Positions 11,496-24,720 of a stretch of DNA of 64,000 bases are shown one piece after another; the first letter of the stretch is position 1, and the number at the start of each line of letters is the position of its first letter. The translations under genes were made by a program, and so were the position numbers. The notes beneath the pieces are model-generated. The model ran no database searches. It saw only the letters and a program-made list of their open reading frames with translations, and was not told the origin of the DNA. The stretch lies in assembly GCA_964016885.1 (NCBI GenBank), contig CAXHJY010001229.1, forward strand, positions 1 through 64,000. Reading direction: 5' to 3'. Source of the DNA: Eledone cirrhosa (taxonomy: Eukaryota).

Positions 11496-14055
11496 CTGAA
11501 AATAGAAACAGAATTTATATCAAACTTTCATAGTTACTCAATATACAAGTTCTTTTTTTTTACAATTCCTGCTTTTCTTCTATATAAGCTTTGCAATTTA
11601 CTTCACAAATCATTGTCAGAGCCCACCAATAACACACTGAAAAGTACACAACTAACCAAATACAAAATACATTATGAAAAACTTCCCCACTCTAGTTAAA
11701 TTAAATACCTTTCTCCAAGATATGTCCATTCTAATGCCAACCACTTTTTACAATGTAGCAGGTTCATTTTTTTTTTGTGTCACAAGCACAATCACTTTAC
11801 TTGTAAAATGCCTGTGATGAGTTAACCCAGTGTTCGTCCTCTAAAAGTAATGACAATATTCCATTAGGACACTTCACTCATGATTGACCATGGAAAATTC
11901 CCCAAAGAACAAGCCAGGGCAAGATGTTTCGTGAAAAAGCAGCAGTCGCCCACACATGCCAATTTTCTTTCTCCATGCCACAGCTTGGCACCAGTGCAGT
12001 CAGTTTTGGGAACATAAAATAAAATGCCTTGATCAAGGTCACATGCTGTTCTACCCAGAAATTAAATTCACACACAACTTTACAATCATATCATAAGCCC
12101 AACAACCTAACCACTAAGCCACATATGCCTTACAGAACAACTACTAAATCAGTCAAAAATTTAAAGTTTCAAGTACATAATGAGAAATCACACTAGCATT
12201 GTCAATGTAACTGGAAGTTCGAAATAGTTTATTATCTGATGTTAAAATGACTAAATTAACAGATATTACAAACTTGTTTAGTAGCACAGCATTAAATTGG
12301 CAGACTTATTAGTGTTGGATAGGATATCTCGCATTTGTTCCAGTTCCCTGCACTCAGTTTGAAACGTGCAAGAGTTTAACTTTGCATCTCATCCTATCGG
12401 AATCAATAAAATAATAAAGTACCAGTCCGTGACAGCGGAATGAGATGCTTTATGGCAACTATTTCACCTACATCCCCAAAATGGCCATAGCTAATCACTT
12501 GACCATAATTGATTATGAAAACAATAGGTAGAGAAGGAATGTAGTCATCTGTTACTACAGTAGAAGAAAGATGGCAACAGCAATGACTACTACAAGTATT
12601 ATAGTTGATCATTATCATCATCTTACATTCATTTTCCCTATGCTAGAATCAGTTGGGTCATAGTTTATAGAAGATTGTAAATGGGAGTGAGGCAAGTCAA
12701 CAAATCACTAATGACAGCTAAACAGAAAACAGCTTTCCTTTATTAAGGTGACCGAGCATTCCACTGTCACATGTACCCTTAACGTAATTCTCAGGAATAT
12801 TCTGCATAACAGTGTGCAACAAGGCTGGCCTTTTAAATTACAGATAGAACTAATTTTTCCAACCAAGTGAACTGGAGCCAAAAGAAATGGCAATGACGGG
12901 AATCGAATTTACAACTTTAGAATCATGAACTGATTACCTTAACCACAAAATCAAATGCCTTCACGATTTACACACAAAATAGAATATAACATAAGATACC
13001 AACTACAGCAATATATTTAAAACAGAGGAAGATGATGGTGACAGTGATTGATTTGCAAAGAGTTTATCAGTTATGTCTTAATATTTTGTATAATATCTTG
13101 TGTAAGTTGCTACCTTTTGCCAAGAAAATATGTCAAAAACCTCAATTCTAAAAAATATATGGTACTTTGTAAATGTAAGTAAAATAGGTGTTTAATTTAT
13201 ATATATAAATGTAAAGTGCTCATGTAGGACACAACAAAAAGCACCCAGTACACACTGTCAATGTGGTTGGCATTAAGGAAGGTCTCAGTTGTAGAAATCT
13301 AGCCAGAAACAGTTCTGTATGAGTAAGACAGGGCCACCTGACTCAAATGGAACAACCCATGCTAGAGGATGTTAAACGATGAGTGTAGTGTAATAAACTT
13401 TCCAATCCTGAGGAAGCTCCATAGAAATAGCTGACAACTTCTATTACCTAGGTGACTGAATTAGCAGTGGAGGTGGTTGCTCTAAAAGTTTAGTAGCTAC
13501 AATAAGAATTGGCTGGAAAAAGTTGAGAGATCTACTGCCTCTGTTAACAATGAATGGTTTCGCTCTTCAAACCAAAGGCCGGCGTATGAAGTATGATGTT
13601 GCGTGGAAGTGAAACATGGACAGTGAATACAGGATATATGATCACTGGAGAGAAATGAAGCAAGTATACTCTGACAGAAAAAAAAATTGGGTACAAGAGA
13701 AATCAAATGTGTGCAAAAGAGAAGACTGTGCTAGTATGGACATGTGATGCTTATGAATAATGATTGTTAGATGAAGAAGTGCCGGGAGTTCCCTGTAGAT
13801 GAAAGATTCAATAGAGGAGAACAAAGCAAGAGCTGGGTAGGTGTTGAGAGCTGATGTCAAAATTCTGAACCAGATAGAGATGATGAAGGAATACAATAGA
13901 TGGAAGGAAACTATGCTGGAAAACACCCATCCAACCCATGCAAGCATGGAAAAGTCTATGTAAATGGATGATGAGATTATATAGGTGTGCATGCACTCGT
14001 GTATAAGTTACATCTATCTCCACTAAAACACAATGTGGAAAACTTATCTACTAGG

Positions 14056-14211
14056 TCAGTGGTTCCCGCAAAGAAGTGTCTAGGGTTCCGTGAAAAAAGG
14101 TAGAGGAGTATATTTACATTATGACCATATAACAATATTAGACTTTGGGGTTCCCTCAAAAGTTTCTGAACCAAAATGGGTTTTACGTTTTAAAAGGTTT
14201 GGGAAACCCTG
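14056..14211. mobile_element. hAT-like MITE
   Basis: Ends CAGTGGTTCCC / GGGAAACCCTG with repeated internal GGGTTCC motifs. Confidence 0.55.
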
Positions 14212-14311
14212 TAGTTAACTTCAATTTGCAATATATGTAAAGTGGATGTGGGACATATCTTCATGTATAATAAATTATCACAAACACATGCCAAATCTTG
14301 AAAATACTTAC

Positions 14312-14485
14312 TTTCCAGCAGCATGGCAAACAGTGCCACATGTATCTGCCATGTCATCTACCAAAATAGCTATTTTGTCTTTGACATCTCCAACAAGAAC
14401 CATTGAAGCTACTTCATTAGCTTTTTTTCTTTCTTTATGAATCAGGGCAAAATCAACATTCAACCAATCAGCTATGGATGTAACA
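14312..14485 (-). CDS. PRPS1: PRPS coding exon 5
   Basis: accag|T; [57 protein letters not shown] with the PRPP-binding [10 protein letters not shown] motif; donor AA|GTAAGT; 174 nt. Confidence 0.97.
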
Positions 14486-14667
14486 CTGGTAGGAAGAAGA
14501 AACAAAATACAATGATAATCATTAAAAAAGATTTTTTTTAAATTGCATGCCAACACACATGAGAATACGAGTTTATTATTATTAATCACCTCTCGTTCTA
14601 CAATACTAAACTGTTTGTATTTATCTAAAAACCTTCCATCATAAGTTTATGAAAGAAACACCAACAT

Positions 14668-15169
14668 AATAATTGTTTCTACTTTCGGCACAAGGCCAGC
14701 AATTACCAGTACATTACTGGTACTTTATTTTATTGACCTCGTAAGGATGAAAGGCAAAGTTAACCTCGGCGGGATTTGAACTCAGATTGTAAAGGGACAT
14801 AACTATGCTGGAAAGCATGTCCAATATGCCAATCCACTGGTTTCTGATATAGGCACATGGCCAATAATTTTGGAGAGGAAAATTGATTAAATCGACCCCA
14901 GTGCGTTACTGCTACATTATTTTATCGAACACGTAAGGATGAAAGGCAAAGCTAACCGTGGCAGGATTTGAACTCAGAATGTAAAGAACCATAACTCTAT
15001 GCTGTAAAGTACGGTGTCCGACACTCTACTGATACTGCCAATCCACGCCAAAATAATAATTGTTTCTACTTTTGGCACACGCCAGCAATTATCCCAGTGT
15101 ATTACTGATACTTTATTTTATCTAATGCACTGGGATAATTGCTGGCCTTGTGCCAAAAGTAGAAACAAT
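14668..15169 (-). mobile_element. Tandem SINE family B copies plus a terminal fold-back (15059-15169)
   Basis: Core gcctttcatccttacggggtcgataaaataaagtaccagt (Deu/Nin-like domain); B box gagttcaaatcc. Confidence 0.75.
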
Positions 15170-15532
15170 GTTTTCTTAACTAAATCTCTCTAAATTTTGG
15201 ATTATTATTTTCAAATTTATTTGTCTTTTATTAAAAATGATAATAAAAGGGCTAATGCCCTTAGCTCAAGGCAAGTCACAGCTACAAAGCATATCTATAG
15301 AGAGCAGATAATTGATACCTATAAGGGGCAGCAGCAAAATAAGTGGGTTCACTTGACAAATAAGCAATTGTGAAACAACAGCAAGGTCTACCCAAGAATG
15401 TTGTGAATTGGTGGAGGAAGACACTTATTTTTTAAGAATTGTTGCAATGCCGTATGATGGGATCCTGACAAAAATGAGCACAGACTGCCTTCTAAATATG
15501 TCTGTCCCAAGTGGAAGAATCCATTCTAAATT

Positions 15533-15702
15533 AGACATCAACTGTTTGAACAAGGAATTGGGTACCCAACTCTTGTATGGTTGATGGACAACAATATCAA
15601 CTGTGAGCAAGGAATGGAGTACCCTATTCATGTATAACTGATGGACATCAGTTGTGAGCAAGGAATTGGGTACTCTATTTCTGTATAACTGATGGACCAC
15701 AA
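15533..15702. repeat. Minisatellite, 3 units of ~51-57 bp
   Basis: Unit atcaactgtgagcaaggaattgggtaccctatt..tgtataactgatggac. Confidence 0.8.
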
Positions 15703-16398
15703 CAGGGGGCCTGCATACGCCATGGGCTCAGTAGGGCAAGAGAAACCGTATTGCATATATACATTCTTGTAGCACTAAGGTTGTCATATCTTTGACATGG
15801 GTAGAGCCCTCTCAATCCTTTATATATATATTTATCTAAAAACCATTCATCATAATTTTATATAAGAACATGTTAAATTATACTCCAAACATCGCTTAAT
15901 AAAATTCTTGGTTACTTTCAAAGTGGCAGTGTTTCATATACGGTAACAAAAGGGCTAATGTTAACATCCTGTACAGTATGAAACCATATTAGCAAGACAT
16001 TGATGAGGGATCGATGGGAAATGACAAAAGGTGCTCTCAACAGGCATTTATATTATTCTTATACCTTACAGAATTTCTTCCGATGATGAACTGTTCTGGT
16101 AATGATGGCCATATCAATCTATTGGAATGGTCAGATTTAATTATTTAGTTCAGAAACTGTAATCAAATTAGTCAGGGATTTCTGTTCAGGCTTCCTATAT
16201 TTAGGTTGCTTGATTGTGAGTATATCCCCAGGGAAAGCTGCATGTGAAGTGTTCTTTTGAGTACTTTGCTGTGATCTACTCCTCAGTGATTTTGTATAAG
16301 ATACTCTCTCATACTCAGAGACGGAGACAATAAATAAATAAATAAAACAAAAATGGCATAGACATTACAATACAATACAATAGGCGGGAACATAATAG

Positions 16399-16442
16399 TA
16401 CCACTGATGATGTTGCAGATGTGCAACAAAAGAACTTTGATA
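16399..16442 (+). ncRNA. Decayed hammerhead motif (same architecture as 775-819)
   Basis: TACCA-CTGATGA-T-GTTGCA(GATG)TGCAAC-AAAA-GAAC-TT-TGATA; GAAA mutated to AAAA, so predicted inactive. Confidence 0.6.
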
Positions 16443-16456
16443 GACTAGACTATATA

Positions 16457-17262
16457 GGCATAGGTAAAATATAACGTCGGAGAAAGTGAAACTAATTTTT
16501 ATGACAAGTGAATGTGTTTGTTTTTTAGTATTGCGTGTGTGATTATTTTTTCTTTTTCTTTTTTTGTGTATTGTGTGTACGGAAAATTAGACGTACCTTA
16601 TCAACATCCTTATTAGACCGTATAAATAGCTGAAATACAGTTGATCATCTCGCCAAATTTGTTGGCACCAACTCTCTGCCGCCAAAGAAATTCAGCTAAA
16701 TACGAGGGGAATAAATCGTCGCTTGTCCCATGTTGTCGACGGAGCTTTTTCTTCGCACGGCTCCAAGTGTTCTCTATGAGTTGTGTGTGCACATTAGGGT
16801 CTTCAGGATCGACAAAGTTTCCCAGCCCTTCTGACGCCTATCTGCCCCCAAGCTGCCCCTCTGACCCAAATCCCTTATCATTCTCTGTCCTTCTTATGAC
16901 CCGGCCTTAATTTCTTTGGGGGACAGAAAGTTGGTGCCAACTTTGGCAAGATATTACAAAAACATCTAAACGATGATGATGACACAAACACATATATATA
17001 TATATATATATATATACAAACACACATATATATATATATATACATACATACAGACAGACACACATATATATACACACCCACACATATATATATGAGAAAA
17101 TAATCACACACGCAATACTAATTAACACCATATCACTATAGAGACCTGTTGTAAATAAACAAACTGTATCGTAACTTTCAATGTAAAAAAGAAAAAAACA
17201 AACACATTCACTTGTCATAAAAATTAGTTTCACTTTCTCAGACGTTATATTTTACCTATGCC
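16457..17262. mobile_element. Non-autonomous Merlin (IS1016/ISXO2-like) derivative made of two inverted 3' ends
   Basis: Termini GGCATAGGTAAAATATAACGTC / GACGTTATATTTTACCTATGCC; transposase C-terminus inside. Confidence 0.75.
16613..16819 (-). pseudogene. Merlin/ISXO2-type DDE transposase C-terminal fragment
   Basis: NFVDPEDPNVHTQLIENTWSRAKKKLRRQHGTSDDLFPSYLAEFLWRQRVGANKFGEMINCISAIYTV* matches the FVDP..HTQ.IE..W...K..YL.EF.WR signature; absent from the ORF track. Confidence 0.85.
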
Positions 17263-17311
17263 ATATATATATATCTATATATCTATATCTATATCTATAT
17301 ATATACGATGT

Positions 17312-17656
17312 AGGCACATGGCTTAGTGGTTAGAGCATTGGCCTTGCAATCGAAAGGTTGTGAGTTCAATTCTCAGACCGGGTGATGTGTTGTTTCCTTG
17401 AGCAAGACACTTTATTTCACATTGCTCCAGTTTACTCAGCTGTAGAAATGAGATGATAGGGACTGGGGTCCATATCATTCCACTGCAAAGTGGTCGTGGA
17501 GGTGCCATGGCAAAAAAGCACCCAGCACTCACTGTAAATGAGGTTGGTGTTAGGAAGGGCATCCAGCTGTAGAAATCAAGCCAGAATCAGTTCCCGTCCC
17601 ACCCTTGCAAGCAGGGAAAAAGCGGACGTAAAATGAAATGATGATGATGATGATGA

Positions 17657-17660
<4 letters not shown>
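17312..17660 (+). mobile_element. SINE family A
   Basis: Full head-core-tail copy. Confidence 0.85.
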
Positions 17661-17697
<37 letters not shown>

Positions 17698-18599
17698 CCT
17701 GTATTTTTAACCGTTGATCAATCAATGATAAACATTGATTGCCAAATAAATTAACTATGGAAATATAAAAGATACAGAAGCGAAAACCAACCAAATAGTG
17801 AGTGTGTTCTGTTATTATTTCTGACAATATTACAATATGACCCTCCCCAAGTATAACAATATATATATATATATAGGAAAACTCCTGATAGAGTTGTAGG
17901 GGTGCTGTTGTGACATACAGCATTTCTAGGGCAGTTTTTAAAAACCTTACAGAGCCCATCTCTCTCCAGGTCTGAACACATCCGATTTCTTCCAGAGAAG
18001 GAGGAGCAAGTAATAGAAGGGAAATGAGAAACCAGGAAAATAATAAAAGAAAATAAATACTAGAGTCAGCTTTCAAATTTGCTCATCAGATGAAAGTCAA
18101 CAATAATACTAAATGCCATTAAAATATAGACAGTGGAATGTTGGCATTTCTGCCTAAGTAGGACAATATAGGTTGAAGTTACTCAGTATATTAGGTTATA
18201 TTTTAGTATACCCTTTTGATACCAAACTGCCTGAAACCGGCCCTGGTTAAATGTTTATATTTATCTAAAAACGTTCCATCATAATTTTATGTAAGACCCT
18301 TATTAACATCCAGATGCAGCTTTATAGGAAAATAATAAATTCTTCCAAATTTTTACTTTCAAAATTAATTGAAAATCATAAGCTGTCTTTTATTAAAAAT
18401 AAAGAGTTAAAATCTTTATCTAATAAAGATTCTTACATAGTTATGATGGAAGGTTAAGTTATGTTCCAAAACCAGATTGATAAAGTAAGTTAATCTCCAA
18501 ATTCTTAATTATTTACAATTCAGTCTTTTATGAGAAACAGTGTTTTATATTTGTCTAAAAACTTTCCATCATAATTCTGTGTAAAAAGCTTTGGATCAA

Positions 18600-18780
18600 C
18601 CCTTTAGCATTTAAACCAGCCAGAATTCTCCCACCTCTTTCTCTTCAAACCAGTCATAACTAGCTACTCATACTGATGTTAAGGTATTGTTCTCAAAATC
18701 TCATAGATTCAATATAAATATAAATCCTTTACCACAAAAATACAATATAGTATATATAAAGTAATGTAAATTCTAAAGGG
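18600..18780. mobile_element. TTAA-flanked MITE with CCCTTT termini (piggyBac-like); relatives at 22162-22342, 26743-26996, ~34130-34298, 36047-36247
   Basis: ccctttagcatttaaacc...aaattctaaaggg|ttaa; internal sequence shared among copies. Confidence 0.7.
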
Positions 18781-18879
18781 TTAAATTAAGTTTCAGATAC
18801 CAGATTCTTCAATATTTTCAAAATAAGTACTGTAATTTTAACCATCACAAACATTGTTGGTTCTATTTACTACTACTTA

Positions 18880-19059
<180 letters not shown>

Positions 19060-21050
19060 TTAATACACAACCATTTCTCATTTAACCTCTTCAGTGCCAT
19101 AGAAGAGGTAACTCGTCCTAACATGTATGCATTCCAGTGGCACAGATGAGAAAACTTGTTTCCAACAGTACATAACTTCATTTTACTGAAGGGAGGGAAA
19201 CCCAGCAGTCAACAGGTTAACTCTCAACGTCCTGTACCACATGAAACCACACTAGCATGACATTCTTGAAAAGAACAAAAACAGTCCTATGACTGCATCA
19301 CATCAAAATTGAAGTTTTTACTTTAGTTAGCTGCAAATTTGTACATGTCCACTAGTAAATATGGATATACTATAGATATTTGAATTGACGAACCTGTTTT
19401 TAGATATTTTCTAAATCATTATAGATTATAAAGAGTAAATGACTACTTCGTTTAAAAGTCGTAATTTCTTTTATTTGTACACACATTTTGTTATGTACGT
19501 TTGAAATTTTTATGCAATTTGCAATTTTTTAAATATTATTTAGTTATTTTTATTGTAGTTAAATACTTTTCCAAAATAAAACAAATTTGCAGTTACTAAG
19601 ATAATGTTTCCACAGGACCTTTACAAATTTCTTTATTCAGATAATTCATTTAATATGAAACTGGTACTTGATAACTTTCATACCTGTCAGGATACACTAA
19701 AACAATATCTAAAGATATCTTACAACCAATTCAATGGAACAGAACCTGGTTGTTAAGTGAGGAGTAACTGTAAATGCCTCATTGCAGATCATACAAAATC
19801 ATCACCATCATTTAACGATTGCTTTCCCTGCTAGCAAGGGCTGGACAGTCTACATAGACCAAGTCAGTACTGAAGCGGGGTCACAGATGTCCCAGACAGG
19901 TTGAGGTCGTCTGTATCTCGCTTACAAACGGTTATTATCGAGTAGAGAAGTTGTGTATTTTGACACAAACTGTAGGATCCTCCTAACCCCTTGTTTGGCA
20001 AGCTTTCTACAGCTGGATGTCCTTCCTAACACTAACCACTTTACAGCATGTACTGGGTGTTTAGATCACCAGCACTAAAGAGGCTGTCAAGTCGTTGACA
20101 AAACTAAAGGCTCCTCTCAACCCATTGTTTAGCAAGTTTTCTACAGCTGGAAGCCCTTCCCATCACTAGAGACGTTGTGGTCATCAAAATCTTAGAGAAA
20201 AAAGTGTTTAGAAATTTTACAATGTAAAATAAACAAACATAAAACACTTTTTGACAGAGATGATTAAAAATCCATTATGGAACTATATGGTTCCCTGTTT
20301 GATTTCATGTCATGGCTCTTTGTGCAAGTGTTTTTTACCACCTGCAATTTTTAACTTAGATCACAGACCTCAGATTTGGAACTGCTCCTCTAAGAGGACT
20401 TCAGCCAACTTAGTCACTTGATAAAGTGAGTGCCAGACTGAAACAATTGCTCAACTGATATAATTGATCAAGCAACTCCTTACTGGAGCTGGTGTCCCAG
20501 CATGCCCATAGTCCAAAGATGGAAACCAGTAAAATTATAAAAGCTGCACTAAAAACTGCAGGCAATATTTTTTTTCTAAATGAAGTTGAAGAAAGAGAAT
20601 AAATAATATTCTCTAATTTAGGCACAAGGCGGCTAATTTAGTGTGTGTGCGTGTGTGTGTGTGTGTTGGGGGGGGGGGGGGGGGGGGTTTAGATCAAACA
20701 TATTTTTCTGCTATTTAATTGCATTGACTCCTGAAGGATGAAAGGCAAAATTGATTTTGGTGGGATTTGAACTCAGAAGGTAAAGAGCAAGAACAAATGA
20801 ACAAATACCATAATAGCATTTTATTCGATGCCTACCAACTGTTAATCCACTGCCAAGAAAGGAAGTAATAGTAAAAATAATAATGGTTTCTAATTTAGGT
20901 ACAAGGCCTGCAATTTTGGGGAGAAGAGGTACTTGGCTGGTGCTTTATTTTATTGACCATCCTGAAAAGATGCCTTCTCCATGATTTGAATCCAGAACTT
21001 CAGCTGAAATACTAATACTCTAACAATGACTGTCAAACTTTTATTATTAT

Positions 21051-21081
<31 letters not shown>

Positions 21082-21129
21082 TTGGCCACTAGGACCGAAA
21101 ACAGTATGGAACATGGGGGATAAAAAAAT

Positions 21130-21790
21130 TTGTAACGACTAACAATAAATAAACAATGAAAAATTCAAAACCAAAGAAATCCCCAACAGAGGTCATTTCA
21201 GAATCCTACCAATCCAAAACAAACCTCAACACCATGGAAAAGTGCCCTCTTTTCTCTGCATTCTTCAATCTACAGGTGTATGCTCTGGGTAGGCCCACTC
21301 ACTTGGACCATCTTGCCTACATTCACCCACTTTTTAACAAATGTACTAAGAGGCAGTACTTCTATCTCTCCACACTCACATTCCTTTCCAAGTGAAACTT
21401 GTAAGAAGTTGATGAAGGCTTAGCCAAAGAGGAATGTGTCTGTTTTCAGTTGTCAGTCACATCTACCAAACAACCTCTCACGTTACAGCCAGACAAAGTG
21501 AAACTGCCTGCCCTTCCTAGACAAAAGAAAGTAGTGAGATGATCTTAAACAATAGAATCATCCAATATCCTACAATAGCTATATCCAGATACTGGACGAG
21601 TGCATGAAAAACAGTTTTGTCACTCAATACACATCTCAGATAGGACCGTCTGGCAGCAATTCTGTGCTAATAGAGTTTGACTCAAAACTACCAGTACAAG
21701 AACATTACATTTACCCACCAGTCTAGTCCTCTATAGAACCTTAACATGGAATAGTATTAATAATATAAAGATCATCAGAAAGGTTTTGAG
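21130..21790 (-). mobile_element. Degenerate L1/Tx1-like LINE 3' fragment
   Basis: Frameshifted remnants resembling the C-terminal C..C...ETVFHAL zinc-knuckle region. Confidence 0.4.
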
Positions 21791-21804
21791 CACTTGAAAG
21801 CTTA

Positions 21805-22038
<234 letters not shown>

Positions 22039-22490
22039 TCACATGGTTTCAAAACAAGGTACAGGGGAAATTTTCTTTATTTAAAAAAAAAAAAATCATT
22101 AAAGTTTTAAATTCCTCACAGAGTATAAATTACACAAGAAAAGATAGACATTAAGAATTAACCTTTTAGTATTTAAACCGGCTGTTTCCAGCCAGAATTC
22201 TCTCACTTCTTTCTGTTCAAACTGGCCATAACTGGCCTCTCATACTTATGTTAAGGTATTGTTCTTAAAATGAATATCAAAATCTCATAAATTTAATGTG
22301 AAAATACATTAGTAAACATAGAGTAATGTAAATGCTAAAGAGTTAAGTAGTTAGAAAAAACTGATAATAAGACTAAAGTTTCTTCTGTTGAAGTAAATTT
22401 TTCCAGCTAAACATTTTGTACACCACATTGATAGCAGTGAGGAGAAAGATACAGCGAGGGATCATCTAAGCTAAAAGCTTTTTCTACCAT

Positions 22491-22560
22491 TTTGAAAATC
22501 ATTGACAGTGTCTTTCTTTCATTAAATATTTAATGAAAGACACTGTCAATGATTTTCAAA
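22491..22560. repeat. 70-bp near-perfect palindrome in PRPS intron 2
   Basis: TTTGAAAATCATTGACAGTGTCTTTC(TTTC)ATTAAAT|ATTTAATGAAAGACACTGTCAATGATTTTCAAA. Confidence 0.9.
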
Positions 22561-23889
22561 TAATCAAGTATTTGGAGAGATTTATTAAAATAACTAATAG
22601 TCATTATTAATTTGTGGTGACAGGAACATAATGGAAGGCTTTTAGATACAATATAAATACTTTAAAACAGTTTATCATAATACAAGGGGCAGTTTTGGGA
22701 TATTTAGAATCAGAAGGGTTAAAATATGCCAGCATGTCCTTCCTTATATTGCCAGTGAGGTAGGTAGACAGGAACAAGAATGATAATAATGGTGTGAATT
22801 CTTCAGCATGTTCATCTGCCTTAGTGGTTATGGTGTTCTGCACACAACCATAATGTCGTACATTTGATTCCTGGCAGCTCATTGTGTCCTTGTGCAAAAC
22901 ACTTTAGTTGATGTTGCTCAGTCAACACAACTAACAAAAATGAGGTGTATGTGTAATTTAAAAGGCCAACAAGGTTGTACACTGTGTCATACTGGATCTC
23001 CCCGAGCGTCTGTGGCAGACTCAGATACTTGTTGCATTTCACAAGTTCCATTGATAAAACAAATGGAACACTTAGTGTTCTTTAGAAAGACAGATCCTTT
23101 ACCATTCCTCAAGCAAATGAGAAGAATGGGAGACTGATGATAATCCATTCTACAAACCTGTGGTGGCAGTTAAAAGAAGTTCAGATTACATCAACAAGAA
23201 TATTGATATAGCAGCCAAATCTCCCCCACATACCAACAAGAACAAGCATTTTAACCCTTTAGTGTTTTCATCACTATATTTACTACTGTATTTTTGCAGT
23301 AAAGGCTTTACCACACATAATATCGAATTTATGAGGCATTGATATTTATTTTGAGAATAATACCTTAACATCAGTTTGAACAGAAAGATGCGAGAGAATT
23401 GTGATCGGATACAGCCAGTTTAAATGCTAACGGGTTAAAGCCACTTTCTTTACTAAATCGATTCTATTCCCATCACCCTCTGCAATGAATTATTTGTCTT
23501 CCTCTCTCTGAACGACACTCCACTCATTTCCATTCTTTTACTGCTCCCATTAATCACGACACTTCTTAAACACACAGCATATATACATTTTTGTTTCAGT
23601 AACTCTCCATTACATTATACCGTATTATTTAAAAAGGAAAGGACACATTGAATGTTTTCCTAGATACACTATACCAGATGTAAAACAAAAACAAACTCAA
23701 TTATGAATAAAATCCAAGAATTGATTCTAGATCAGCAAATACAAATATAAAGCTGGAACAGCCACAAGCCATATCAAATAATGATCAAGTTTTGATTGCT
23801 GTTACAAACATAATGCTAGGCCAATATGAAGAAAATCAGTTATCACTGTCATCATCATTTATACATCTTTTTCTGTTTGAACGTGTTAG

Positions 23890-24720
23890 ACAAAATCTGA
23901 GAGCTTTAGCAAAGTCAAGGTAAACAACATCCACCCATGAGCTGCCATCAGTGATCTGGGTGATGTCTTCAAGAAACTCAATAAGTTGATCACAGCAGCT
24001 GTAGTTAGGAATAAATCCACATTGCGAGGGCCGGATAAGAATGTGAGAGTTCCAGAAGTTTCAAAGCGTTTCTCTGACACAGGATTCCATCAGTTTGACA
24101 ATGCATGTAGAAAGACTGACTGGACGATAGTTGACAGGTGATGTGCAGTCACCCTTTTTGACAGAGGAATGACACTGGCAGTTTTCCACTGTTCTGGAGT
24201 AGCACCATTGTTCAGACAGAATTGGAAGAAGCGTGATAGCTGGTGTAGAAGGAAGTACCCACCACGTTTGAGAAGCAGGCACGTAACACCATAAGACCAG
24301 GAGAGGCATGGTTGCATTTATTTTTAAGGTGAAGTCGCAACATTGCAGGAGTAAATTCCATAGATGTAATAGAATCCAATGTCAGAGGTGGTGGAGACGG
24401 TACACTCTGGTCTTCAATGGTGAAAATGCCTACATAGCATTCAGCAATAAGCTCTGCGCATTCCTTGGGGGTCGTCAGTAACCTGGTATGTGTGGGGATT
24501 GTGAAGAGGACCAACTGGAGAGTGAGGCCTCTGCTTTGAGTGAACATACGTCCAGAACACCTTACTGTCAGGGCTGGTTGCTATGTGCTGCTCAAATTGA
24601 AGCACTGCCTTTTTTGTCACTCGTTTGAGATGGTTTTGATGATTTATTTCGCTTCTTCCTATTGATATCTGATTTATGCAGTTTATACTCACCTTCAGCA
24701 TTACGACGTTCTTTTCTGGC
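23890..24720 (-). mobile_element. CR1/L2-type LINE RT fragment
   Basis: Frameshifted motifs SKVFWTYV, ASPG, PEQWKTASVIPL, KKGD...NYRPVSL..CIVKLMES. Confidence 0.8.

Noticed and set aside
18060-18095. Minus-strand CTGATGA-GCAAATTT-GAAA
   Set aside because: No stable stem II or stem I; likely a chance match.
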